NCBI GenBank assembly: GCA_021771915.1
Contig: JAETNY010000002.1
Span: forward strand, 141,825-205,824
Direction of reading: 5' to 3'
DNA from: Bacillota bacterium
GTDB lineage: Bacteria > Bacillota > Dehalobacteriia > UBA4068 > UBA4997
Length of the DNA: 64,000 nt
Part shown: positions 54,719-64,000 of the stretch, in pieces
How the letters are laid out: the number at the start of each line of letters is the position of its first letter
Position numbering within the stretch: position 1 is the first letter of the stretch
The notes under the pieces: model-generated
Seen by the model: only the letters and a program-made list of their open reading frames with translations
The model's database searches: none
What the model was told of the DNA's origin: nothing
Position numbers and translations under genes: made by a program

Positions 54719-57700
54719 CTATAACTCCACAGCATAACTTTTGGACTTAACAGCTTTATCTGCAATCTCCGACCGGGGCGGCAGGGGCCGGCGCAGCTTT
54801 TCCAAAACCGACTCCCTGGCCCTCTCAGCCAAACCCGGTTTAATATCTTCTTCTGGAGCAATTTCTTCCTCAACCGGCTCTGCCTGCTCCACCTCCTCCG
54901 ACTGCATATCCATATTAAGTTCCATATCCAATTCAATCAGGCGGGCGTTCTTTTGCGCCAATTCTCCCTCAAATTCAAATGGCTTGCCCACCTCGATTTT
55001 GGCAGCTTCTACCTGCTGATGAAGATTATCCAAAGTATTTTCAATATCAGCAATGCGTTTATCTATCTGACCTAAAGCGTTATCTATGCGAATCAAATTC
55101 CCACGAATATCCCCACCCAACTCAACCTTATGCTCCAGCGCGCCTTTGAGGGTTAAGGTTAAATTCTGCTGAAATCCCTCTCTGGACAAATACATATTAA
55201 ATCCCCGATAACTGCCGATTTTGGCTGCCTCCAGGTTGACATAACTTTTGGCTTTTTCCAGCAAAGCAGCCCCGGCTTTATCTTTTTCGTGATAAACTGC
55301 TCCGTCAATTTCCATACCAATAAAGCCATCTTTGGGCTGCCGGTTATTTTCCGCAACTGCCTTATCCGCCTGCAAAGCAGCTAAAACCGCTTCTTTAGCC
55401 GCAATCTGCTCCGGGAAATATTTAATAATCCTGTCTTGCAGACGATACTGCTGACTCTGGTGGCTGGCTTTCATAATTTTAAGCTTATTTACCTCCACAT
55501 CTAACTCCATTCGCTCCTTAATGCGAGGGTCGCCGGCGCACAAAGCCTTAATCTCGGCATAGGAAAGAGCGGCCTCGTCCACATCTTCACAGCTGCGCAC
55601 CGGACTTTTGGAAGTCATAATCTGGGATATAAATTTCTGCTTATTCTCAATGGTTTGCCACAGATATGCGTCAAATGTGGCCTCGGTTACATAACGGCAG
55701 ACGTGAACCTGCTTATTCATATTGCCCTGCCTGCGGATACGCCCCTCACGCTGAATTAAATCCCTGGGCCGCCAGGGACAATCTAAATCGTGGCTGGCAA
55801 TCAGCCTGTCCTGCACATTTGTGCCGGCTCCCATTTTAGCAGTGCTGCCGATTAAAACTCTGACCTGGCCGGAGCGCACTTTAGCAAACAATTCTTTCTT
55901 CTGCAAGTCTGTTTTGGCCTCGTGGATAAAAGCCACCTGCTGCGGCTCCATACCCCCGGCCACCAGCTTTTGCTTAATATCCGCATAAACATTGCTAAAG
56001 CCCTCCTGCTCCTTGACTTCGGCCTGCGGCGTAGATATATCGCAGAAAACCAGCTGCGTCAGCCTGTCCTTTTCACCCTCGCGCCAGTATTTCAGCACAT
56101 TTGCTACGCACATATTAACCTTGGTATTTTCCTCATCAGGCAAAGTTGAGTTAATCAGCCGCTGGTCTAAGCCCAGTTTTCTGCCGTCGGAGGTTACTTT
56201 AAGCATATTATCTATCTCCGGCTCCACCGCTCCCTTATGGATTGCTTCTGCTCGCTCGGATAATTCCTTAACCATAATTTGCTGATGTTCCGTTGGTTTA
56301 GCGGCCAGCGTATGGTACTCAACCTCCGGGGTAGGCAGATTTAGCTGGTCAGCCGTTTTAATATCCGCCACTTCACGGAATATTGCCATCAACTCCGGCA
56401 GATTGAAGAACTTGGCAAATCGTGTCCTTGCCCTATACCCCGTACCCTCCGGGGCTAACTCCAAACTGGTTGTAGTTTCACCAAATCTTGAAGCCCAGCA
56501 GTCAAAATGCCCCATACCCATTTCCTGCAAGCGGTCATATTGCAGATACCGCTGAATAGTATACATCTCCGTCATACTATTGCTGATTGGAGTGCCGGTG
56601 GCAAAGATAACTCCCTTACCGCCGGTTAACTCGTCCAAATAGCGGCATTTGGCAAACATATCCGAGGATTTTTGAGCGTCAGTGGTGGACAGCCCGGCCA
56701 CATTGCGCATTTTAGTGTAAAGAAAGAGGTTTTTGTAGTTGTCGCTCTCGTCCACAAACATTCGGTCAACGCCCAACTCCTCAAAGCAGATTACACTATC
56801 CTTGCGAGAGCCGGCCTGCGCCTGCATTTTCTCCAATCGCTCAATCAGCCTTTTTTTGGTTATTTCCATTTGCTTAATATTGAAACGCTCGCCGTTATTG
56901 GCTTTCAACTCGGCGATACCTGCGGTTATTTCGTCAATCTGCTCATACAGCAGCCGCTCCTGCCGCTCCGGGCTGATTGGTATTTTCTCAAATTGACTTT
57001 GGCCGATAATAACACAGTCATAATCGCCGGTGGCAATTCTGGCGCAGAACTTTTTGCGGTTGCTTTTTTCAAAATCCTTTTTGGTAGTTACCAGCACGTT
57101 GGCCGCCGGATAAAGCCGCAAAATCTCCGCCGACCATTGCTCCACCAGATGGTTCGGAACCACAAAAAGGCTCTTATGGCACAGCCCAAGACGCTTGCTC
57201 TCCATTGCGGCGGCAATCATCTCAAAGGTTTTGCCGGCTCCCACCTCGTGGGCCAGCAGAGTATTGCCGCCGTAAATTACTCTGGCGACAGCGTTTATCT
57301 GGTGTTCCCTAAGCCTGATTTCCGGGTTCATACCCACAAATTTAATATGACTGCCGTCGTATTCTCTGGGCCTGAAACAATTCATTTCTTCGTTGTACTG
57401 CCGCACCAGCTTATCCCGGCGCTCCGGTTCTCGCCAAATCCAATCCTTGAAAGCCTCCCTTAAAGCCTGCTGTTTTTGAGCGGCCAGCGTGGTTTCTTTG
57501 GCGTTAAATACTCGCTTTTTGCTGCCGTCAGCCTCCTCCACTGTATCGTAAATCCGCACGTCACGCAGATTAAGGCTGTCCTCCAATATCTTGTAGGCGT
57601 TGGCTCTGTCTGTGCCATAGGTACTGTACGCCGCCACATCGCTGTTAGATACGGAATTTTTGCTGTTAATATGCCACTCCGCCGTATGCGCCGAATAGTC

Positions 57701-60700
57701 TATGGTTATCTTATCTTGCAAATATCCCGGTGTTTCCAGAACCTCCCACATAAACTGCTGAAAATACTCCTTATCTATCCAGGTGGCGCCCAGACGCACT
57801 TCAATCTCCTGCGCCTCCAAATCCTTGGGCTGTACCTGCCGCAAAGCCTCCACATTGACAGTAAATGCCGGATTACCCTCGGCGGCAAACTCGGCAATTT
57901 TTAATTTTTTGCGCACATTGCCGGATAAATATTCATCGGCAGTCTGCCATAAATTATTTGTTGGATCCTTAAAAATTACTCCCTGCAAATCTGAGATCAA
58001 CTCATCTGCCCCTTTGCCGGAAAGTTTGCTCATATATGCCAAATCCACGCAGGCTTTTTCAGCGATAGAAACAGCCAGAGCCTCCGCCGCCGTATCCACC
58101 CGCTCCGGCGCTTTATATGGCTGAATAGTGCGTTTGCTGAACATATCTGCCTTGCGTTTAAGCTTGTTTTCATCGTCCAGAATTTCCAAAGCACAAAGCA
58201 GATAATATGAACTGTCCTCGGAGAATGCCAGACGGTTGGCTCTATCGTTAATTAAACCAAACCTTTTAGAAAAACTATCATACAAACGGTTTAATTCCGC
58301 CTGCTGGTTTTGGATAGGCGTATCCGGCATATCCTCGTTCATCTGCATTGAGATAAGCTGCTGAGTACAATCTCTTAATTCAACCAACGCCTTAATCCGT
58401 TCTTTAGCTGCATTTCCCAAATCCCGCTTAACCAAATTATCATTAAGACAGTAGAATACCTCATTATTAGCGACAACAAAGGAATAGTTTTTAGGCTGCA
58501 TTTCTGCCAAATCCACACTTTCATTTATTGCCGCCTCAACCTCAATATCCTGTTCGGCAGGAATATACTTACCTTGAATATTCGCCAAGGCTGCCGGCAG
58601 CTGTTCCGCCAAAAATACGCCGGGCAGAGGATTAAGCGTATAGTCCAGCCGGCCATATTGAGTGCTGACCGCTGCTGTTTCACCTAAAACCTGCTCCGAG
58701 TGATTGATGAAATACTGATTTATCTTGAAACCCTGTTCATTCTCGCCAACCTCCACCCATTCCGGCGTTTCTTCAGATAAATCCCGCAGCTGCTCCCGCT
58801 TTTGCAGGAAAATAATATCTGATACAATCTCTGTTCCGGCGTTTTTCTTAAAAGCATTGTTAGGCAGCCGGACTGCCCCCAGCAAATCCGCCCGCTCCGC
58901 CAGATAACGCCTAACTCTGCTGTCTTTAGCGTCCATAGTATAGCGGCTGGTTACAAGAGCCAGCACGCCGCCTGGGTGAATTTTATCCAGCGCTTTGGCG
59001 AAAAAATAGTTGTGAATACTAAAGCCCAGCTTATTGTAATCCTTGTCATTGACCTGGTAATTGCCAAAAGGCACATTGCCGATTGCCACATCAAAGCTGT
59101 TATCCTGAAAATTGGTTTGCTCAAAACCCTTAATCTGGATATTGGCATTTGGGTAAAGCTGCCTGGCAATTCTGCCGGTTAAGCTGTCCAGTTCCACACC
59201 GTAAAGCTGGCTTTGCTGCATTTTCTCCGGCAACAGGCCAAAAAAATTACCCACCCCACAGGCAGGCTCCAGTATCTTACCATTTGCAAACCCCAATTTT
59301 GCCAAACCGCTGTAAATGGCGTTAATAACCGTTGGGCTGGTGTAATGAGCGTTCAAAACACTGCCCCTGGCGGCTATATATTCAGCGTCCGTCAGCAGGC
59401 TTTTCAATTCGGCGTATTCGGCCTGCCAGTTTTCTTTTGTACTGTCGAAAACCTCCGGCAATGCGCCCCAGCCCACATATTGGCTCAATATTTCCTGCTC
59501 CTCCGGCGTGGTCTGCCGCTTTTCCGCCTCAATCTGCTTTAAGGTTTTAATCGCCGCCACATTCATTGCATACTTGGCTTTGGCTCCGCCGGAACCTAAA
59601 TCATTGTTCCAGATAGCATAGTTTTGTGGAGATAAAACCTCAACTTCCGGCTCCACAGCTTCAACAGCTTCAATATCTTTGTTTTCCAAAACAGTTTCTT
59701 CTATATTATTAATTTCCGGCGTTTGCACAGCCTCCGGCACAGTTTTGGTCTGTTCAGCCCATTTAGCCAGTTCTTCGGCAGTTATATAGCGTTCCTCGGC
59801 AATAAGCCGGTCAATACGCTTAACCACATTAGGCCAATTAAGCATAACGTCCGGGCAATTCGGCTTGCTATACTTAATCCCTTTGACATCGTGCCACTCG
59901 TCAGACAAAAAACTGCCCGGCAAAGCGTTGCTGCGTCCGCCTGTACCAAATTCATTTTTCAGAAAGTCCGCTTTTTCTTTAGCGGTATGCTGCTCCTTAA
60001 AAAAGCTGTATATACGGTATTTGCCATTTTCAAAACCGCTGCCATAGCTTAAAGACGCCGCAATCTCATCTTCCGTAATAAACTGACCAACCGCCGGCAT
60101 TTCCTGCATTTGGCTGGTATATTCCAATCTTGGCAGCTTTAAGTCTGCCAGCCGGACGGCCAACCCCTCCGCTGCATAAGGCTTGAAACGCATAACCTCT
60201 CTGTTTTGGGCATAGGCCGCTTGAAAAGCCCCATATTCAGCAATAATTTGGGATAGCTGCTCATCTTCAGCCAGCATTTGCGCAACCTTTGCCACCTGCT
60301 CCGGAAAGCCGCCCATACCAACAGCATAAGCTTCTGCACGAATATGAGAAAACAAACCTTGCTTTTTGCCCTCATCGCTTAAATCTCTGGCAATATACCA
60401 TAAATCTTCCGCAACTCTTTCACGCTCATAATCTAAAGCCTTGGCAATTTCCCATTCACTGGCAAATTCTCCTGCGTTCAGCAGTTTGTCTATCCGCTCC
60501 GCCGCCTGCTCCCAGCTTACAATCTGCGCATTTTGGGCATATCTGGCATTGCTCCTTCGGCTAATTCTAATGCCCTCGTCGGCGAACCAAACAGAAATAT
60601 TGCCCGCGTCGTTCAAAAAGCCGCTGCCGCCCTCAAATAAATTTTGCAGATAAGCCGCCTTTTCTCCCAGGGACTTTTGCTTGCTGAACTCGGCTGCAAT

Positions 60701-62110
60701 CTCCATTCTGGCTTTATTTTTATTGCAGCCAAAGCGCAAAACATTGTCTATTTCCTCATCACCAAATTTTTGCTTAACAAACGCCGCCGTTTTCAACGGG
60801 AACGGCGGCGCACTGTTGCTTCGCTTAAAAACAAAGGGAGCGGCCTTTTCAATGGCCGCTCTCTGTTCTTGCTCGCTGGGGATAGCAATTTCAAATAGAT
60901 TTAGTTGTACCGTTTGCGGCACAACTTCCGCCGGCCAATCGTTCTTGAACTCTTGGGGCGTCAGTTGTACACTACTTCCTGGAGAATTATCTCCTCCACC
61001 TGCTGATGCAGGCTGTTCATCAACCCCGCCCAGCGCAGAGGATTTTCGGACTTGAGATTTTCCGTTATCCCGGCTGACTTCGCCATTTCGCTCATCATCT
61101 GCTCCTGTCTGCGGCTGGCCGCCTCCTCTATCTCCAGCAGGTGGCTGTGCAGCCTGCCGTTCACCGAAAGCGCCGTCCACAGAACCGGCCTGTTCTCCCG
61201 CAGATAATCCTTCCGCAGCAGAGCGTATTTGCCCAGTGGTCTGACCGTTTCCAACTCGTCCATACTCAATTCCGGCAACAGATAATCGCCCGTCTGCCGG
61301 TATGTCAGTTTTTCCATTTTCCTTAATCCTTTCTGAGATATGTTCTCTTTCATAATTCTTTACCACAACCTCAATCTGCCGCAAAACCTGCTCGCTGCAA
61401 TCGCTCACCGCAGCGCCTAACGCAGAAACAGTAGCCGGTGTGTTGAAGTCAAAGATACTCAAAAATTCTTCGTGTTCAAAGTAAATATTCGGATTTAAGC
61501 CGCAACGCGAAAGCAGCGTATAGGCAATGCTGACCTCCGCCGCCTCCAGATAACTGGCTCCAATATCTTCTTGGGGCAGTCGGGACAGGGCGCTGCCATA
61601 CACTTCCCCCAATATATCCTCCTGATTTTGCCGCCAATATTCCTCCGCCATAAAAGCGGCAATGCTCCGCAGCTGTTCAGCCAGGCCGTTTCCACTGTCT
61701 GCTCCGTATTCTTCTGCCAAAGCCGCCGTTACCACATCTTGATGTTTAGCCTCATCATATTGCCACAGATATGGTTTGCGTCGGCCCCCAGTATCCGCTA
61801 CATCAAAAACATATTTCAAGCGCGGCTGACTTCCGCTTTCGTCAATTAGAGCAATGCCCTTGGAGCCGCGCCGCACATACCGCTGCATTCGGCTGTTCCA
61901 GAAGTCATACTCGGCGCAGGCTTCGGCCTCCGGCCTTTGCGCATAGATGAGCAACTGCTCCCCAAAAGGGTATTTATACAGCCTGCCGGCCAGCCGCAGA
62001 AAATCCGTCCACTGTTCCCGGCTGGACGTTATCTGTCGGGCCGTATCCCCGGACAAAATCGCATAGCTTTGAACCTTATTTAGCATAAACTTTTCACCTC
62101 CAAAAGTCAA
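54719..62110 (-). CDS. Giant polyvalent protein: N6-adenine DNA methyltransferase plus SNF2/DEAD-like helicase plus extra N- and C-terminal domains
   Basis: 2463 aa. MTase motif I ILEPACGVGNFFG and motif IV GNVPFG. Helicase motif I LAHEVGAGKTFE, motif II MFVDESDNY, motif VI LIQREGRIRRQGN. C-terminal coiled-coil. Confidence 0.7.
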   Translation of the reverse strand: MTFGGEKFMLNKVQSYAILSGDTARQITSSREQWTDFLRLAGRLYKYPFGEQLLIYAQRPEAEACAEYDFWNSRMQRYVRRGSKGIALIDESGSQPRLKYVFDVADTGGRRKPYLWQYDEAKHQDVVTAALAEEYGADSGNGLAEQLRSIAAFMAEEYWRQNQEDILGEVYGSALSRLPQEDIGASYLEAAEVSIAYTLLSRCGLNPNIYFEHEEFLSIFDFNTPATVSALGAAVSDCSEQVLRQIEVVVKNYEREHISERIKENGKTDIPADGRLSVAGIEYGRVGNGQTTGQIRSAAEGLSAGEQAGSVDGAFGERQAAQPPAGDRGGGQPQTGADDERNGEVSRDNGKSQVRKSSALGGVDEQPASAGGGDNSPGSSVQLTPQEFKNDWPAEVVPQTVQLNLFEIAIPSEQEQRAAIEKAAPFVFKRSNSAPPFPLKTAAFVKQKFGDEEIDNVLRFGCNKNKARMEIAAEFSKQKSLGEKAAYLQNLFEGGSGFLNDAGNISVWFADEGIRISRRSNARYAQNAQIVSWEQAAERIDKLLNAGEFASEWEIAKALDYERERVAEDLWYIARDLSDEGKKQGLFSHIRAEAYAVGMGGFPEQVAKVAQMLAEDEQLSQIIAEYGAFQAAYAQNREVMRFKPYAAEGLAVRLADLKLPRLEYTSQMQEMPAVGQFITEDEIAASLSYGSGFENGKYRIYSFFKEQHTAKEKADFLKNEFGTGGRSNALPGSFLSDEWHDVKGIKYSKPNCPDVMLNWPNVVKRIDRLIAEERYITAEELAKWAEQTKTVPEAVQTPEINNIEETVLENKDIEAVEAVEPEVEVLSPQNYAIWNNDLGSGGAKAKYAMNVAAIKTLKQIEAEKRQTTPEEQEILSQYVGWGALPEVFDSTKENWQAEYAELKSLLTDAEYIAARGSVLNAHYTSPTVINAIYSGLAKLGFANGKILEPACGVGNFFGLLPEKMQQSQLYGVELDSLTGRIARQLYPNANIQIKGFEQTNFQDNSFDVAIGNVPFGNYQVNDKDYNKLGFSIHNYFFAKALDKIHPGGVLALVTSRYTMDAKDSRVRRYLAERADLLGAVRLPNNAFKKNAGTEIVSDIIFLQKREQLRDLSEETPEWVEVGENEQGFKINQYFINHSEQVLGETAAVSTQYGRLDYTLNPLPGVFLAEQLPAALANIQGKYIPAEQDIEVEAAINESVDLAEMQPKNYSFVVANNEVFYCLNDNLVKRDLGNAAKERIKALVELRDCTQQLISMQMNEDMPDTPIQNQQAELNRLYDSFSKRFGLINDRANRLAFSEDSSYYLLCALEILDDENKLKRKADMFSKRTIQPYKAPERVDTAAEALAVSIAEKACVDLAYMSKLSGKGADELISDLQGVIFKDPTNNLWQTADEYLSGNVRKKLKIAEFAAEGNPAFTVNVEALRQVQPKDLEAQEIEVRLGATWIDKEYFQQFMWEVLETPGYLQDKITIDYSAHTAEWHINSKNSVSNSDVAAYSTYGTDRANAYKILEDSLNLRDVRIYDTVEEADGSKKRVFNAKETTLAAQKQQALREAFKDWIWREPERRDKLVRQYNEEMNCFRPREYDGSHIKFVGMNPEIRLREHQINAVARVIYGGNTLLAHEVGAGKTFEMIAAAMESKRLGLCHKSLFVVPNHLVEQWSAEILRLYPAANVLVTTKKDFEKSNRKKFCARIATGDYDCVIIGQSQFEKIPISPERQERLLYEQIDEITAGIAELKANNGERFNIKQMEITKKRLIERLEKMQAQAGSRKDSVICFEELGVDRMFVDESDNYKNLFLYTKMRNVAGLSTTDAQKSSDMFAKCRYLDELTGGKGVIFATGTPISNSMTEMYTIQRYLQYDRLQEMGMGHFDCWASRFGETTTSLELAPEGTGYRARTRFAKFFNLPELMAIFREVADIKTADQLNLPTPEVEYHTLAAKPTEHQQIMVKELSERAEAIHKGAVEPEIDNMLKVTSDGRKLGLDQRLINSTLPDEENTKVNMCVANVLKYWREGEKDRLTQLVFCDISTPQAEVKEQEGFSNVYADIKQKLVAGGMEPQQVAFIHEAKTDLQKKELFAKVRSGQVRVLIGSTAKMGAGTNVQDRLIASHDLDCPWRPRDLIQREGRIRRQGNMNKQVHVCRYVTEATFDAYLWQTIENKQKFISQIMTSKSPVRSCEDVDEAALSYAEIKALCAGDPRIKERMELDVEVNKLKIMKASHQSQQYRLQDRIIKYFPEQIAAKEAVLAALQADKAVAENNRQPKDGFIGMEIDGAVYHEKDKAGAALLEKAKSYVNLEAAKIGSYRGFNMYLSREGFQQNLTLTLKGALEHKVELGGDIRGNLIRIDNALGQIDKRIADIENTLDNLHQQVEAAKIEVGKPFEFEGELAQKNARLIELDMELNMDMQSEEVEQAEPVEEEIAPEEDIKPGLAERARESVLEKLRRPLPPRSEIADKAVKSKSYAVEL

Positions 62111-62155
62111 GTTCGTTAATTAGATAATTAGAAAAAGTAACCCTCATTTAATATT

Positions 62156-63946
62156 TCAGCCATTCTTTGCTATCCTTTTAACAGGCGGAAACAGGACTTC
62201 CCCACCGGGAACCGCCTGGCAATCCCGCACCAAACCGCTCACCAAATCCTCAATACCCCGCATAAATTCTTCCTCGGATAAGCTGCCGTTTTCAACTTCC
62301 AATAATCTTTGCTCCCATTCCGCGGTAAGCCAGGGGGATTGCAATTCCTCCGGCAGAATGGTAATTAAAGCCCTGCCCAGCTGGGTGGGCAGCAATTTAG
62401 CCGCCTTTTTGCTCTTTTTGCGCTCCAGCAGCCCCACGTTCACCAGCTTTTCCAAAATACCGGCTCTGGTGGCAGGCGTGCCAATACCTTTGCGTTGTAT
62501 ATCTTGCGGCATATCTCTACCTCCAGCCTGCTCCATTGCCGCTAAAATTGTATCCTCGGTAAAGTGAGTTTTAGGTTCCGTTTTGCCCCGTTTAATGTTT
62601 GCTGCCGTAATTCTTAATTGTTCGCCCTCGGCTAAATCAGCGGTAATTTTATCTGACGCTTTATCTTTAGGGCAATATTGCTGCCAGCCGTAATCTGTAA
62701 CCTCTTTGCAGCTTGCAGAAAAGATTTGCTCGCCGCACTCGGCGATAACTTTAGTCTGCACATAACGGCAGGGAGCCGCCACAGCCCGCAGCAGTCCCAA
62801 ACAGACCAATCCCAGAACCGCGTTTTCACCCTTGGGCAAATCCCCAGCTTTATCTGCGGTCAGAGTTTTGGTCGGCACAACAGCGTGGTGGTCGCTTACT
62901 TTAGCGTTATTGCAAACCTGCGCAGCCATAATTTCCGCCGGAGCAATAAGACCACAAATTTCCGAAGCGGTTTGCACCAAATCCGGCACAACAGCCGCCA
63001 TATCTTCTGTCAGATAACGGCTGTCCGTCCGGGGATATGTTACTAACCGTTTTTCGTAAAGAGCTTGCAGATAATCCAGCGTTTGCTGGGCGGTATAACC
63101 TAATCTGCGGTTGGCTTCTCTCTGAAGGGCGGTTAAATCGTAAAGCAGGGGCGGCTTTTCCACTTTCTCCTGCCGTTCAATGGATTTTATGGTTAAATTA
63201 TCTTGCTGGCAAACCGCTGCCAAATCTGCCGCCACCTTTTTATCTGCCATTCTTTCGCTGCTTAATTTCAAATCGCCGCACTGGATTTCCACGCTGTAAA
63301 ATGTTTCCGGCTGAAAGGCGGTAATTTCCGCTTCTCTCGCCACCGCCATTGCCAGCGTTGGGGACATTACCCGGCCAATATGCAAAGTACAGCCATAGAG
63401 CAGGGAAAACAGACGAGTGGCGTTAATGCCCACCAGCCAATCCGCTTTCGCCCGACACAGCGCCGCCCGGTACAATCCCGCAAAATCCTCGCCTGCTCTA
63501 AGGTTCGCAAAACCCTCCCGTATAGCGGCCTCCTCCATACTGCTTATCCAAAGCCGCTTAATAGGCTTGCTGCACCCGGCCAGATGATAAACGCTCCGGA
63601 ATATTAACTCGCCCTCACGCCCGGCGTCGCAGGCGTTTACTACTTCGCTTACGTCGCTTCGGCGCAGCAGCTTTTTAAGGATTTCAAACTGCCCTCTGGT
63701 GTTTTCCGCAACCGTCATTCGCCAGCTGCTGCCAGGCAGTATTGGCAAATCCTCCCTGCGCCATTTGGCATAGTTTTTATTATATACCTCCGGCGCAGCC
63801 AACCCAGCCAAGTGACCAACGCACCAGCTAACCAGCCAACCAGCCCCCTCAAGATAGCCGTCTTTTCTGCTGTCTGCCCCCAGCGCTTTCGCTAAATTCA
63901 TTGCCACGCTGGGCTTTTCGGCAATCACCAGTTTCAATGTTTCTTT
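62156..63946 (-). CDS. topB: DNA topoisomerase III (type IA), conjugative-element type
   Basis: TOPRIM domain (KLVIAEKPSVA, ACDAGREGE) and topo IA core. Likely TTG start with GAGGAGG RBS. Confidence 0.8.
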   Translation of the reverse strand, partial: KETLKLVIAEKPSVAMNLAKALGADSRKDGYLEGAGWLVSWCVGHLAGLAAPEVYNKNYAKWRREDLPILPGSSWRMTVAENTRGQFEILKKLLRRSDVSEVVNACDAGREGELIFRSVYHLAGCSKPIKRLWISSMEEAAIREGFANLRAGEDFAGLYRAALCRAKADWLVGINATRLFSLLYGCTLHIGRVMSPTLAMAVAREAEITAFQPETFYSVEIQCGDLKLSSERMADKKVAADLAAVCQQDNLTIKSIERQEKVEKPPLLYDLTALQREANRRLGYTAQQTLDYLQALYEKRLVTYPRTDSRYLTEDMAAVVPDLVQTASEICGLIAPAEIMAAQVCNNAKVSDHHAVVPTKTLTADKAGDLPKGENAVLGLVCLGLLRAVAAPCRYVQTKVIAECGEQIFSASCKEVTDYGWQQYCPKDKASDKITADLAEGEQLRITAANIKRGKTEPKTHFTEDTILAAMEQAGGRDMPQDIQRKGIGTPATRAGILEKLVNVGLLERKKSKKAAKLLPTQLGRALITILPEELQSPWLTAEWEQRLLEVENGSLSEEEFMRGIEDLVSGLVRDCQAVPGGEVLFPPVKRIAKNG

Positions 63947-64000
63947 CAAATAAATTCCTCCTCGCATATAGATTAAATGCCGCCCTGCGTTTAATTCGCA

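Larger units (their letters stand above)
36318..64000. mobile_element. Integrative conjugative/mobilizable element inserted in spoVT. Right end is beyond the window
   Basis: Serine recombinase at the left junction. AT-rich accessory module, Rpn nuclease, IS110, mobC-relaxase, MTase-helicase polyvalent protein, topoisomerase III. Confidence 0.55.

Overview
The window comes from a spore-forming, moderately GC-rich Firmicute (Clostridia-like; SigH and SpoVT homologues are present). It contains two mobile regions separated by a host housekeeping block.

(1) 1 to ~22540, minus strand: a PBSX-like contractile-tail prophage module, with no head genes.
- Gene order: HK97-gp10-like, XkdJ-like, sheath, tube, XkdN-like chaperone (with a canonical A_AAA_AAC -1 frameshift extension), tape measure, XkdQ/R/S-like, baseplate J, XkdU-like, tail-collar fibre and fibre proteins, XhlA-like, holin, M23 peptidase.
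- Upstream lie an ArpU-like late activator, a replisome organiser (DUF4373-like N-terminus) with internal iteron-like repeats, NinB and a CI/LexA-like repressor.
- Terminase, portal, protease and capsid genes are absent. Only ~0.8 kb of decayed DNA sits where they belong, so this looks like a tailocin-like or defective element.
- An AT-rich segment at 19.3-22.5 kb carries the repressor, an orphan HsdR-N/PD-(D/E)xK nuclease-domain protein and a 5'-truncated integrase with an in-frame TAG, abutting an initiator tRNA-fMet.

(2) 22.7-35.8 kb, host genes: GntR-ABC operon with a palindromic operator, Na/Pi cotransporter, PhoP/R-like two-component system, murA, uppP, proA, cvpA, a HEAT-repeat protein, a DUF951 protein, sigH and proB.

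(3) From 36318 to the window end: an integrative conjugative/mobilizable element inserted inside spoVT.
- The 150-aa SpoVT C-terminal domain is fused in frame to the 3' end of a large serine recombinase ORF. The break falls in the middle of the AbrB-type N-domain.
- The element carries an AT-rich accessory module: XRE regulator, sigma-70-family/DUF4367 anti-sigma pair, duplicated secreted proteins, three copies of a conserved promoter/operator motif, and three related structured non-coding leader elements.
- It also carries an Rpn-family nuclease, an IS110 transposase, MobC plus relaxase, a 2463-aa methyltransferase-SNF2 helicase polyvalent protein, and topoisomerase III.

Three genes (M23 peptidase, relaxase, integrase) carry single-base homopolymer frameshifts or an in-frame stop. 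This may reflect genuine decay or sequencing error.
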